DNA of 64,000 nt, taken from IMG/VR virus record IMGVR_UViG_2645728093_000001, positions 1 through 64,000 of that record; one strand, written 5' to 3'. Position 1 is the first letter of the stretch. Every line of letters starts with the position of its first letter. The translations under genes were made by a program, and so were the position numbers. The DNA is from a virus (taxonomy: Duplodnaviria > Caudoviricetes). Of the stretch, positions 54,173-63,604 are shown piece by piece. The notes under the pieces were generated by a model. The model was not told where the DNA came from. It worked only from the letters and a program-made list of their open reading frames with translations, and ran no database searches.

Positions 54173-54667
54173 ATGGCGAAATTCACCTTCCCGGAGCAGT
54201 TTCAGATCGTCGAGGCGCTTGCCCCGGCGGCGGACGCTGCCGGTCGCGCGCAGGCCAACGCTGTCAGCCTCAAGAACTATTCGAAGGCCTGGCTCGTGGT
54301 CCACATCACTCAGGGCAACGCTGCCACCATCTTGCTGTCGATCCTTCAGGCGCAGACCGTCGCGAAGGCGGGTGGCAAGGCGATCACCAACCCCGTCCGC
54401 ATCTGGACGAACCTGGACACGTCGCTTGGCGACACCAAGACGCGCCAGGCCGATGCGGTCAACTTCACCACCGATGCGGCGGTCAAGAACAAGATGGTGA
54501 TCTTCGAGGTCGATCCGGCCTACCTCGATATCAACGCGGCGATCCCGTTCGACTGCGTCTATATGTCGACGGGCGCCTCCAACGCGGCCAACATCACCCA
54601 GGCGTATTGGATCCTCAGCGGGCCGCGCTTCGCTTCCGCAACGCCGCCGTCGGCGCTCACCGACTAA
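54173..54667 (+). CDS. Putative capsid decoration/cement protein
   Basis: Follows the capsid gene; beta-rich. Confidence 0.55.
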   Translation: MAKFTFPEQFQIVEALAPAADAAGRAQANAVSLKNYSKAWLVVHITQGNAATILLSILQAQTVAKAGGKAITNPVRIWTNLDTSLGDTKTRQADAVNFTTDAAVKNKMVIFEVDPAYLDINAAIPFDCVYMSTGASNAANITQAYWILSGPRFASATPPSALTD

Positions 54668-54744
54668 GCGCGCAACGAACGAGTCGGGACCGCGTTATCG
54701 CGGTCTCGGCTGTTCGAGGGTGTAGCAGAACGGAGAAGTGAACC

Positions 54745-55416
54745 ATGTACGTGCTTCAACTCGCCGGCCGTCAGGACGGCCAGATTGTGGAAATGGATGC
54801 GGTCACAGCCAAGGCTGCGATCGCGCAGGAGACGGCCAGGGTGCCGACGGACGAAGAGATCCAAGAGGCAGGTTTCTTGGCAAAGAACCGCGACGTTGAA
54901 GTGCCGCCGCGGCAGGTGCTGATTGGCTACCGCGTCGAGCCCAGCCTCGAAGGTCCCGGCTGGGATCTGTTCGATGCCGGCGGCGTCAAGCTGAACAAGG
55001 ACGAGCCGTTCCACAACAAGCAGGAAGCGATGGACGCCGCCGAGAATTTTGGCCGGCGTGCCCGCGGACTGCCTGAAAAGGCGGACGTCTGGTCCAATCA
55101 GGGTGGCCAGGGCGACGGACAGGGGGGCGGCGAGCAGCAGCCCTACGACAAGATGAACGTCGAGCAGCTGCGCGCCGAATCCGACCGCCGCGGTCTCGAC
55201 AGCAGCAAGGCCACCAAGAAGGCCGACTGGATCGCGCTTCTGAAGCATGACGACGAGGTCAAGGCGGCGATCGCGGCCGGCAATTACGATGCCCTGACGG
55301 TCGACGAGCTCAAGGCCTTGGCCGATGCGCGCAAGGTCGACATCTCCGGCAAGTCTGCGAAAGCCGATCTCGTCGCCGCTCTCAAGGCGGCCGATGGACC
55401 GGTTGTCTCCGGCTAA
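54745..55416 (+). CDS. Protein with two HeH/Rho-N-like helical repeats
   Basis: YDKMNVEQLRAE...KKADWIALL and YDALTVDELKALA...KADLVAAL. Confidence 0.7.
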   Translation: MYVLQLAGRQDGQIVEMDAVTAKAAIAQETARVPTDEEIQEAGFLAKNRDVEVPPRQVLIGYRVEPSLEGPGWDLFDAGGVKLNKDEPFHNKQEAMDAAENFGRRARGLPEKADVWSNQGGQGDGQGGGEQQPYDKMNVEQLRAESDRRGLDSSKATKKADWIALLKHDDEVKAAIAAGNYDALTVDELKALADARKVDISGKSAKADLVAALKAADGPVVSG

Positions 55417-55480
55417 GCCGGCTCAGAACTCGCGAAGATCCCGGGGGCCGCGTGCCCCCGGACTGCTTTGAGAGGGCCGC

Positions 55481-56158
55481 ATGTTCACCGTAATCACGCC
55501 GGCGGCCAACAAGGACATCACGACCCTCGCCAATCTGAAGGCGGATCTCGGCATCTCCGACGCCGACCATTCCGAGGACCCGTATCTCCAGCGGGCGATC
55601 AAGCAGATGACGTCGCGGATCTGCTCCTACATGAACGTGCCGTACGCCCAGGACGGGACGCGGACGATCGGCTTCGAGACGCTCGAGCAGAAGTTTGCCC
55701 GGAGCCCTTGGATGCGGTCGCAGGGATGCGAGCTTGTCCTGGCGCGGAAGCCGGTGGCTGAAATCGCCTCGGTGATGGTTGGAGATACCGCCATCGCCGA
55801 TACCGGCTATGAACTCGATGGACCGGCCGGCATGCTCCGCCGCGTCTGGGACGGCAATTTGACCTCGCTATCATTCCAGCCGACGGATCGGACCGTCATC
55901 CGGTTCGATGCCGGCTGGAAGCTTCCTGGGGACGCCAACCCGACGCTGCCGGAAGACATCGAGGCTTGCGTGATCTCGCTGATCAAGGCCACGCGCGCGG
56001 CGCGCACCCGCGACCCATTGGTCAAATCGCAGTGGGTGACCGATATCGAGCGCCTCGACTTCTGGGTCGGCGCAGTTTCCGGCGGCGGTGGTGATACCAG
56101 TGGGTTGCCGCCGGAATTGACCGGGCTGCTCGATCCCTACTGTTACGAGCCGATGTGA
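55481..56158 (+). CDS. Head-tail connector/adaptor
   Basis: TLANLKADLGI, AGW.LP, LP.DIE.ACV; position. Confidence 0.75.
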   Translation: MFTVITPAANKDITTLANLKADLGISDADHSEDPYLQRAIKQMTSRICSYMNVPYAQDGTRTIGFETLEQKFARSPWMRSQGCELVLARKPVAEIASVMVGDTAIADTGYELDGPAGMLRRVWDGNLTSLSFQPTDRTVIRFDAGWKLPGDANPTLPEDIEACVISLIKATRAARTRDPLVKSQWVTDIERLDFWVGAVSGGGGDTSGLPPELTGLLDPYCYEPM

Positions 56159-56511
56159 TGGACCAGGCCGCCGCAGATCGCGCCCGCGAGGCTATCAACC
56201 GGCGTGGCCAGGTGATCAGCATCCGTCGGATGACGAAGACCACGCCTCAGACTGTGGCGAGCCGCGCTGACCTTAAGGCGACGGTCAGGAACTACACGCC
56301 GGACGAGTTGGTCAAAGGCATCACGGCCGGGATGCGTCTGATCACGGTCTCGAAACTTGAGTTGGCGGCGAAGGGCTTCCCGATCCCGCCGGTCAAGGGT
56401 GATCGAATTTATCTCGGTGACGCGTTCGTCACTCCGACCACGATCGACACCGTGGATCCTGATCATCGCGAGTACCAGGGCTGCTACGAGCTCCGGACGA
56501 CCGGCAGCTGA
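56158..56511 (+). CDS. Head closure/stopper protein
   Basis: Position, size and P.KGD motif. Confidence 0.65.
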   Translation: MDQAAADRAREAINRRGQVISIRRMTKTTPQTVASRADLKATVRNYTPDELVKGITAGMRLITVSKLELAAKGFPIPPVKGDRIYLGDAFVTPTTIDTVDPDHREYQGCYELRTTGS

Positions 56512-57165
56512 ATGCCGCGGATATCGACCTTCGCCAAGGATCTGCAATTGGCCACGGCCGGCATCGCGCCGGAGAACATCGGCAAGGAGTTGGCCGCCTT
56601 CGCTCGATCCGAGCTCGCCAACGCGATCCAAGAAGGCGAGGGGTCGGAACGGTACGAGAGGTACGTCAACGGTCGCCTCGGCGCACAGGAAGAGACCGTC
56701 GTGCCGCCGGGCCCGATCCTGTACGTCTTCCATTGGTGGCGCGAGATCGTAGAATTCGCGCTCCAGACCGCGGTGGAGCGATCGCCCGAGAAGTCCGGCG
56801 ATTACAAGAAATCGTGGTTCATCATGACGCCCGGCGGCGTCGTGAAAAGCTTCGACGATATCCCGATCAACTCGACGGTGGTCCTGACCAACAATCGCCC
56901 GTATGCCCGTAAGATCGACGTCGGCCACATGCGGATGACGGTGCCGCCGGGCATCGTCGAGGACGTCCGCAAGGCGGTGATGGCGCGCTTCGGCAACTTC
57001 GTCATCGCGAAACGCACCATGATCCCGTTGCCGGGCGGCTATGTCCTGAAGGGGCGCTTCCGCCGCGGCTACCGGCCATTCGCGCGGACAAAGCTGCGGT
57101 CCGACACCATGGCCGGAGCTCAGATGACATATCCGGCTCTGGTGTTGTCGATGAAGGTGCTCTGA
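56512..57165 (+). CDS. Tail completion/neck protein (HK97 gp10-like)
   Basis: SP.KSG.YKKSW and NNRPYARKI motifs. Confidence 0.65.
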   Translation: MPRISTFAKDLQLATAGIAPENIGKELAAFARSELANAIQEGEGSERYERYVNGRLGAQEETVVPPGPILYVFHWWREIVEFALQTAVERSPEKSGDYKKSWFIMTPGGVVKSFDDIPINSTVVLTNNRPYARKIDVGHMRMTVPPGIVEDVRKAVMARFGNFVIAKRTMIPLPGGYVLKGRFRRGYRPFARTKLRSDTMAGAQMTYPALVLSMKVL

Positions 57166-57638
57166 TGGCGTTCCCCGACGATCCGGTGTTCGCCGCCGTC
57201 CAGGCCTATCTCGGCTACACGGACCTGATCAGCGGGGCTTGGGTGCCGGGCGCATGGGATCCGGCCGACGGCACGCTGGTCTACGAGAACGAAAGTGATG
57301 GACCGCCGGCGGGTGATGTCTCGACCTGGGTTCTCGTCATGCTCAACAGCGAGCTTTACGGCCAAGAGTCGATCGGCGCCGGCGACCAAGGCTCGAACCG
57401 GTGGGATGAAGGCGGGACGCTCTGGCTTCATGTCTTCACGCCGCGCGGTACCGGCTCGAAAGAGGCACGCCGGCTCGCGAAGGGTCTTGCCAATCTCTTC
57501 CGCGGCAACAACACGCTGATGAGCGGACTCCTCGAGTTCATGGACGCCGATCTCGGCGCCGGCGACCCGGGGAAGGAAAATGCCAACTACTACCTGATGT
57601 CCGTCAGCATCGAATGGCGCGTCATCGACGCGCACTAG
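57165..57638 (+). CDS. Tail terminator (DUF4128-like)
   Basis: G.LWLHVFTP.GTG...A..LA..LA.LFR. Confidence 0.7.
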   Translation: MAFPDDPVFAAVQAYLGYTDLISGAWVPGAWDPADGTLVYENESDGPPAGDVSTWVLVMLNSELYGQESIGAGDQGSNRWDEGGTLWLHVFTPRGTGSKEARRLAKGLANLFRGNNTLMSGLLEFMDADLGAGDPGKENANYYLMSVSIEWRVIDAH

Positions 57639-57648
57639 GAGCCCGCCA

Positions 57649-57870
57649 ATGAAATACGACGTTCTGAAGCCTTTCAACTCGACCAACCGCCGCTTCAAGC
57701 CGGACGTCGAGGGAGCCAACACCGTCGAGGAGACCGACGACGTGTCGCCGCACACCATCGAGACGCTCGAGCGGGGCGAATTCATCAAGGCGCAAACTTC
57801 GAAGCCTCCGGTCGCGCCTCCCGAGAACAAGATGGTCGCGGCGCCGGCGGTTGCGGGCTCCGAGAAGTAG
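57649..57870 (+). CDS. Small virion-region hypothetical protein
   Basis: AGGAG ribosome site; Y.VLKPF...RRF motif. Confidence 0.65.
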   Translation: MKYDVLKPFNSTNRRFKPDVEGANTVEETDDVSPHTIETLERGEFIKAQTSKPPVAPPENKMVAAPAVAGSEK

Positions 57871-57897
57871 CCAGCCTCACAATTTCTGATCTCACGC

Positions 57898-57920
57898 AAG
57901 GCGCCTTCGGGCGCCTTTTT
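57898..57920 (+). terminator. Intrinsic terminator-like hairpin just before the tail tube ribosome site
   Basis: AAGGCGCC-TTCG-GGCGCCTT followed by TTT. Confidence 0.65.
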
Positions 57921-57937
57921 CTTTGGGAGAGCGATCG

Positions 57938-59419
57938 ATGACGTCGGCCAATAGAACCCAGGTTGTCTGCGTGAGGGAGTCGACGCTGGGCGTGACGCCC
58001 AACACCCCGCGCATGCGCAAGATGCGCATTACCGGCGAGTCGTTGAGCTTCGCGCCGACGTACGTGGATTCGGAAGAGCTCCGCGATGACCGCATGCTCG
58101 GTGATCCGATCAAGACCAACCAGGTCTCGCAGGGCGGCATCAACTTCGAGCTCTCTTACCCCGATGATCTCTCGCCGATGTCCGAGATCATCATGTCGGC
58201 ATTCGAGAATGCCTGGGTGAACACGCCGCAGTTTTTCAACGACGGCACCGCGGACAGCATCATCACCGATGCCGGCACCGTGGCGAGCACGTATGCGGTG
58301 AACGCCGGCGGTACCGCGGTGAAGGTCGGCCATCTCGTCCAGGCCAAGGGCTTTGGCCAGGCCGCCAACAACCAGATCTTCAGGGCGAGCGCATCGACGG
58401 CAACGACGGTTGTCGGTGCCACCGGCTTGGTCGCCGAGATGGCGCCTCCCGGCACGGCATCGCTTAAGGTCGTCGGTTTTGCTGGTGCGTCCGGTGACCT
58501 CACGGCGCTGGCCGACGGTCTGGGCTCGACCGCTCTCGACTTCACGACGCTTGGATTGGCAGTCGGGCAGGCAGTGAAGGTCGGCGGCAGTGCGGCTGGC
58601 ACTCAGTTCGCTTTCCTGATCTCGGCCGGCACCAAGGCGCGCGCGGCCGCGTACGCCCGCGTCACCGGCATCGCGGCCAACAAGCTGACGCTGGATAACC
58701 TCCCGTCGGGTTGGACGACTGACGCCGGTACCGGCAAGACGATTTGGGTGTTCTTCGGCGACCAGATCAAGAACGGCGTAACGAAAAACTCCCTCTCGAT
58801 CGAGAAGGGGTTCCTGGCGCAGCCGGTGCCCTCCTACATCACCAACCTCGGCATGTGCGCGAACACCTTCAGCGTCGATATGACGAGCGGCGACAAGATC
58901 AAGGGCTCGGTCGCCTTTACCGGCATGGGTGGCGGCATCAGCACCACGACGCTGGATGCCGCGCCTGACGCCGTTACGACCGGCGTCGTGATGGCGGCGA
59001 ATGCGAACGTCGGTCGCCTCGGCGTGAACCAGGTCCAGCTTGGCGCGCCGAATTGGGCGAAGGGGTTCACGCTCCAGATCAACAACAACCTTCGGTCCCG
59101 CGACGCCGTCGACTCCGATGCGCCGGTTGATATCGCGGACGGCGAGTGCACCGTTACGGGTAAGCTGACGACGTACTTCGGCAGCAAGGACGAGGTCGAG
59201 GCCTTCTACAACGGCACGCCGCGGCAGATCAATTCTCGCGTCACGAAGAACGGCCAGACCCTGTTCTTCCAGATCCCGCGGGCGATCTACCGCGGCGGCG
59301 GCAACCCGCAAGCCACGGCGAAGAACACCGACGTGATGGCGGATTTCGACTGGCAGGCGGCCCAGGACGTGGCGACAAACGCCCACATCATCCTCGACCG
59401 TCTCCCCTACGTCGAGTGA
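57938..59419 (+). CDS. Phage tail tube (major tail) protein
   Basis: E.T.GVTP, R.TGESL, SEELR.DR, GGINFEL, VTGKLT.YF. Confidence 0.85.
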   Translation: MTSANRTQVVCVRESTLGVTPNTPRMRKMRITGESLSFAPTYVDSEELRDDRMLGDPIKTNQVSQGGINFELSYPDDLSPMSEIIMSAFENAWVNTPQFFNDGTADSIITDAGTVASTYAVNAGGTAVKVGHLVQAKGFGQAANNQIFRASASTATTVVGATGLVAEMAPPGTASLKVVGFAGASGDLTALADGLGSTALDFTTLGLAVGQAVKVGGSAAGTQFAFLISAGTKARAAAYARVTGIAANKLTLDNLPSGWTTDAGTGKTIWVFFGDQIKNGVTKNSLSIEKGFLAQPVPSYITNLGMCANTFSVDMTSGDKIKGSVAFTGMGGGISTTTLDAAPDAVTTGVVMAANANVGRLGVNQVQLGAPNWAKGFTLQINNNLRSRDAVDSDAPVDIADGECTVTGKLTTYFGSKDEVEAFYNGTPRQINSRVTKNGQTLFFQIPRAIYRGGGNPQATAKNTDVMADFDWQAAQDVATNAHIILDRLPYVE

Positions 59420-59453
59420 TGCGATCTCAACGAGACTTGCCTTTCGGAGGTAG

Positions 59454-59876
59454 ATGATGGCGCTGAATATCCCGCAATATCTGCGAACGGCGCTTGGCTT
59501 TGCTCCGTCGAGCAAGACCGAGGGGGCAATTCCTGTCGAGGACATCGGCCTCTATGCTGGCGCAAAAATCGTCTCCATAGCCGGCACGGCGGTGACGCTC
59601 GACAATGATGCGCACCACGCGAGGATATTGGACTTTACGGCCGGATCTGCGGTTACGGTTTCAGTCCCTAACTCGCTACGACCCGACTTTTTCTGTGGCA
59701 TCAGCCAAGGCGGAGCCGGGCAGGTGACTGTTGCGGTGGCCGCGGGGGCCGCAGGAGTCGGCGTCACACTCAACGAACCTAGCAACCAACTGAAGACGTC
59801 GGCCCAGTTCGTGATGCTTTCGCTCATCGCGTTCTCGCGCAACACATTCCGTCTCTTTGGTAGCACGGCCGCCTGA
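59454..59876 (+). CDS. Small beta-rich protein (fibre/accessory-like)
   Basis: AVTVSVP.SL...F.C.I.Q.GAGQVTV motif. Confidence 0.6.
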   Translation: MMALNIPQYLRTALGFAPSSKTEGAIPVEDIGLYAGAKIVSIAGTAVTLDNDAHHARILDFTAGSAVTVSVPNSLRPDFFCGISQGGAGQVTVAVAAGAAGVGVTLNEPSNQLKTSAQFVMLSLIAFSRNTFRLFGSTAA

Positions 59877-59877
59877 A

Positions 59878-62580
59878 ATGCAGATCGGCGTTCCATCTCT
59901 TCTTCAGCCAGGCGCTTCCCTTGGGGGAGGGGTGCCAGCCAAGATCGCGCTGCTGCGGGCGAATGGGCTCGCGGCAAAGCCTCTTGTCGCGATGGTGTCG
60001 CCTCCGACCATCACGATGAACGCGACGGCGAACGCCAATAGCTCGGTTGTCCCCGGCAACTACGACTCGAAGTACACCGCGACCGATCCGCTGTTCACCT
60101 ATGTCGGTGGCGTGGTCGCCACGCAGGCGTCCTCCGGCCCTCCGGGAGCGTTCTGGGCAAAGGGCGCGGGCTCTAACTACGGCACGGGCAACGGCTATCA
60201 AGGCACAAGCTCGGTCTATTTTCAGACATCGGATGCGGACGTTGATATCTCGTTCGTGGCGCAGCTCGGTACTCAATGCGCCTACCGCATCTCGATTGAC
60301 GTTCTCGACGGCAACGGCTTCAAGGCAACTGCCTTGCAGCCGCGCACCGACATCCAGGCGCTGGCCGATTTCAGCGGCCATCGCGTCAAGATCGCCAACG
60401 GATCGGTGGCGCCGCGCCGGTACCGCATCGAGTTCGAGAACTTCCTGTTTTTTGCCGGCGTCGACGTCGCTGGCACCATCACGAAGTACGATCCGGGCGG
60501 GCCCAAGATCCTCGTGATTGGCGACAGTCATGTGGCAGGAACGGGCGCGACGTCGAACCTGCTCGGCATGGCGCACAGGCTCAAGGAAGCGCTGGGCGTG
60601 CACAACGTTCTGGCGCAGGGGCAGGGCGGCACGGGCTATCTGACGACGAACATCGCCGGGACCGAGACGATGCGGGCGCGCATCCCGAACGAGATCACGC
60701 CGCGCAATCCCGACCTGATCATCGGTCTACCAGGGTACAACGATCAATCCCCGACGCCAGCAGCGCTGCAAGCTGAGGTAACGGCGTTTCTCAACGCTTT
60801 AGCCACGGCGCTCCCGGGGGTGCCTTACATTCAAGTAGGGCCGCCCCGCCGCGGCGTCTCGGGGGCCTTCACTCCGACGCAAGCCCGAGCCGACGCGATC
60901 AAGGCCGCCGTTCAAGCCGATAGCCGGTACGGTCGCTTGGTTTTCTTCGTCGATAGTTGGGCCGCCGACTGGGAACATGGCACGGGCCGCGTCGGCGCCA
61001 CGACTGGCGACGGCAATGCCGACACCTGGGTCGGTACCGACAACGTGCATCGAACCGACACCGGCCATAACGGCTGGCAAATGCAGATGGGGCCTGCAAT
61101 CCGCTCGGCGCTGGGCATACCGGAGGCGCCCGCGATCTCGATCCCGGCGACCAACCTTAAGGCGGTCTACTCCACCACTCGCCTTTCGACGTGGACGGGA
61201 AGTTGCATCCGGGTGCAGCGCGCGTCCGATAGCGCACAGATGGATATCGGCTTCGCCGGGAATATCGTTGACAAGGCGACGGCGGATAGCTTTGCGGCTG
61301 GGTCCGCCTTGACCATCGCCAAGGTCTACGACCAGTCAGGCAATGGTCTGGATCTTGTCCAGGCGACCGACGCCAACCGTCCAATCTTCTCTCCGCTGAA
61401 TGAGTGGGCGGGTATCCGGCCGATCACCTTCGACACGTGGCCGCAGAGCGCGGTCGCGAAGTGGCTCGATACGCCGGTGTTGGCCGGCCTCAACCGGCAG
61501 GCCATCAGCGTCTACATGATGATGGTTGACCACTGCCCCAACCAGCAGAACCTCATCTGGGAGGGTTTTTCCGACACGGGATTCGCCACCTCGAATTCGT
61601 TCCTGCTCGGCTCTGGTGGCGGTCTAGGTGCGAATTTCGGGAGTCTGATCTTCAACACGTATTTCCCGCGCAGCCATTTGCAGACGATCACGACCGTGTG
61701 CGGTGGATCCAACGTCCGTGCGCGGTTCGACGGTGTCGAGCGGACGTTCGCGACGGGCGCGATCTCGTCCTCTGCGATCCAAGGGATGCGCTTCGGCAAG
61801 AGCTCGCTCAACAACCAGTACAATTCGCAGAACGACGTGTTCTGCATTGCTATCTATGCGCAAGCTGACGCCGCGGCGGCGAACCTGGTCGTCGAGAACG
61901 CGCTCAATGCTTCGTTCAATCCGGATCGCGCCGGCAACACCACCTGGACTTACCGACTTGTCGAGGACGGCAATTCTCTGATGAGCGGCGTCGGCGCAGC
62001 TTCGCTGCAGAGTGCGGGCTGGCAGGGCGGCTTTGGCCGTGGCCCGCAAGGCGACGTCCGCGCATGGGAATACTACAACATGGGGCTGGCCGGCCAGACT
62101 CTCGCGACAGCCTATACCAACCGCGCGCGTGTGCTCGGCCTGTTCGACGCGACCAAGTCCAAGAACGTCATCCACATCATCGATCCGACCAACGATATCG
62201 GTGTCATCACCTACACCAGCACGGCCGATGCCCAGACTGGCAACGCGATCTCTGCGCAGAACCTCTACAACAACTATTTCCTGCCATACGTGCAGGCTGC
62301 GCAGGCGGCAGGATTCACCAAGATCGTCACCTCGACAGTTCTCTCGCGGACCAACTTTGGCGTTGGGACTGGAAATTTCAGGGGTGATTGCCGCAACTAT
62401 TATAACTCTCTGCTGATCGCGGGTGCAGCGGCAAATGGCTACGTCGTTGCCGACGTCGGGGCCATCTCGCAGCTCCAGAACACCGCCGATCTGACCTATT
62501 TCCTCTCTGACGGCATTCATCTAACCACAGCGGGGTATGCGCTGGTCGAGGCGGTTCGCAAGCCGCTGGAAATCGCTTAG
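59878..62580 (+). CDS. Tandem SGNH/GDSL hydrolase with central ConA/arabinofuranosidase-B-like domain
   Basis: VIGDSH...G.GGTGY...GYND...DNVH; YS.TRL..W.G..IRV.RASD....DIGF; DGNSL...TND...DGIH. Confidence 0.8.
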   Translation: MQIGVPSLLQPGASLGGGVPAKIALLRANGLAAKPLVAMVSPPTITMNATANANSSVVPGNYDSKYTATDPLFTYVGGVVATQASSGPPGAFWAKGAGSNYGTGNGYQGTSSVYFQTSDADVDISFVAQLGTQCAYRISIDVLDGNGFKATALQPRTDIQALADFSGHRVKIANGSVAPRRYRIEFENFLFFAGVDVAGTITKYDPGGPKILVIGDSHVAGTGATSNLLGMAHRLKEALGVHNVLAQGQGGTGYLTTNIAGTETMRARIPNEITPRNPDLIIGLPGYNDQSPTPAALQAEVTAFLNALATALPGVPYIQVGPPRRGVSGAFTPTQARADAIKAAVQADSRYGRLVFFVDSWAADWEHGTGRVGATTGDGNADTWVGTDNVHRTDTGHNGWQMQMGPAIRSALGIPEAPAISIPATNLKAVYSTTRLSTWTGSCIRVQRASDSAQMDIGFAGNIVDKATADSFAAGSALTIAKVYDQSGNGLDLVQATDANRPIFSPLNEWAGIRPITFDTWPQSAVAKWLDTPVLAGLNRQAISVYMMMVDHCPNQQNLIWEGFSDTGFATSNSFLLGSGGGLGANFGSLIFNTYFPRSHLQTITTVCGGSNVRARFDGVERTFATGAISSSAIQGMRFGKSSLNNQYNSQNDVFCIAIYAQADAAAANLVVENALNASFNPDRAGNTTWTYRLVEDGNSLMSGVGAASLQSAGWQGGFGRGPQGDVRAWEYYNMGLAGQTLATAYTNRARVLGLFDATKSKNVIHIIDPTNDIGVITYTSTADAQTGNAISAQNLYNNYFLPYVQAAQAAGFTKIVTSTVLSRTNFGVGTGNFRGDCRNYYNSLLIAGAAANGYVVADVGAISQLQNTADLTYFLSDGIHLTTAGYALVEAVRKPLEIA

Positions 62581-62753
62581 TACAATCGGTCCGCCTTTCT
62601 CGCGGAGCCTCATCTCGTCACTGCAACGTGCAACATCTACCCGCGATCTGGACCGGTTGGTGCCGGTAGAGGATTGGTGTCCTCAAGATCGCCGGCTTCA
62701 TCGCCTGGCACCCTGGCCGGGCTTCCCTTGACCCTCAAGGTGACACCAAGCCC

Positions 62754-63185
62754 ATGGAAACCTCCCCGGAAACTGCCTCTACCAAGAAAATCGTTCGTCT
62801 CGAGTCCCTCAAAGCCGACCTGCAAAAGGAGCGGGAAGGCGACTGGATCAAGGCGGTCGATCTCGATCCCAACATCCGCTGGTTCGTCCGGTCGACGAAT
62901 TTCCCCGACTTCCGAACTTCCCGCGACGCGGCGATGAAGAAGCTTGGGGAGAAATACGGATCCGATCCCATCCCCGACGACGTCAACGCCGAGGTCATGG
63001 GCAAGCTCGCCGTCGAGCATCTGCTTCTCGGCTGGGAAGGCCTCGACGCCGAATACACCCCGGAAGCTGCGGCCGAGATCCTGACCGACGAGGCCTATCG
63101 GAAGGTCAGGTACTCGATCTACATCGCGGCCAGCCGTGTCGGCACCTCCGAGGTCCAGTACGTCGGCAACACCGCAAAAAACTGA
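62754..63185 (+). CDS. Tail assembly chaperone (G-like)
   Basis: LKAD...EREGDW, HLLLGWEGLD..Y..E.A; ends in a slippery sequence. Confidence 0.75.
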   Translation: METSPETASTKKIVRLESLKADLQKEREGDWIKAVDLDPNIRWFVRSTNFPDFRTSRDAAMKKLGEKYGSDPIPDDVNAEVMGKLAVEHLLLGWEGLDAEYTPEAAAEILTDEAYRKVRYSIYIAASRVGTSEVQYVGNTAKN

Positions 63186-63604
63186 GGGCCGCCCTTCGCT
63201 ATGAGCTCGAGCAGAAGGGTAAGGACGAATGGCTCGCAGAGCTCGCTGAGGAAGATCCCGACGCCGCGGAGTTCTCCGGGGCGGCGGGTCGACCACAAGA
63301 TGCCTTCGTGCCGCCAGGTGCGGAAATCTGCTGGCGGGCCTGGCACGCGCTGAGGTTCGATCGGCAGTACGGCGCCATGGGCGGCGAGTCGCCCATCATG
63401 TTCCTTTCGATCGATGCATATGCGCGACGGTACCGCATCCGCGGCGCCGCCTTCGAGACGTTCCACGCCTTGGTCGGTGCCTTGGACGAGGAATACCTCG
63501 AGCATGTCCAGCGTAAGTCGGACGACGCCCGACAGGCCGATGAAGAGCGCCGGCGGGTAGCCGCCCGCGGTCCCGCACCAAATCCCAATGAGGCCACATA
63601 CTGA
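63176..63604 (+). CDS. Tail chaperone T-segment read through a -1 frameshift
   Basis: A AAA AAC at 63176-63182; the -1 frame is open (KLRAALRYELE...WRAWHALRFDRQYGAMGG) to 63604. Confidence 0.75.
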   Translation, partial: KKLRAALRYELEQKGKDEWLAELAEEDPDAAEFSGAAGRPQDAFVPPGAEICWRAWHALRFDRQYGAMGGESPIMFLSIDAYARRYRIRGAAFETFHALVGALDEEYLEHVQRKSDDARQADEERRRVAARGPAPNPNEATY

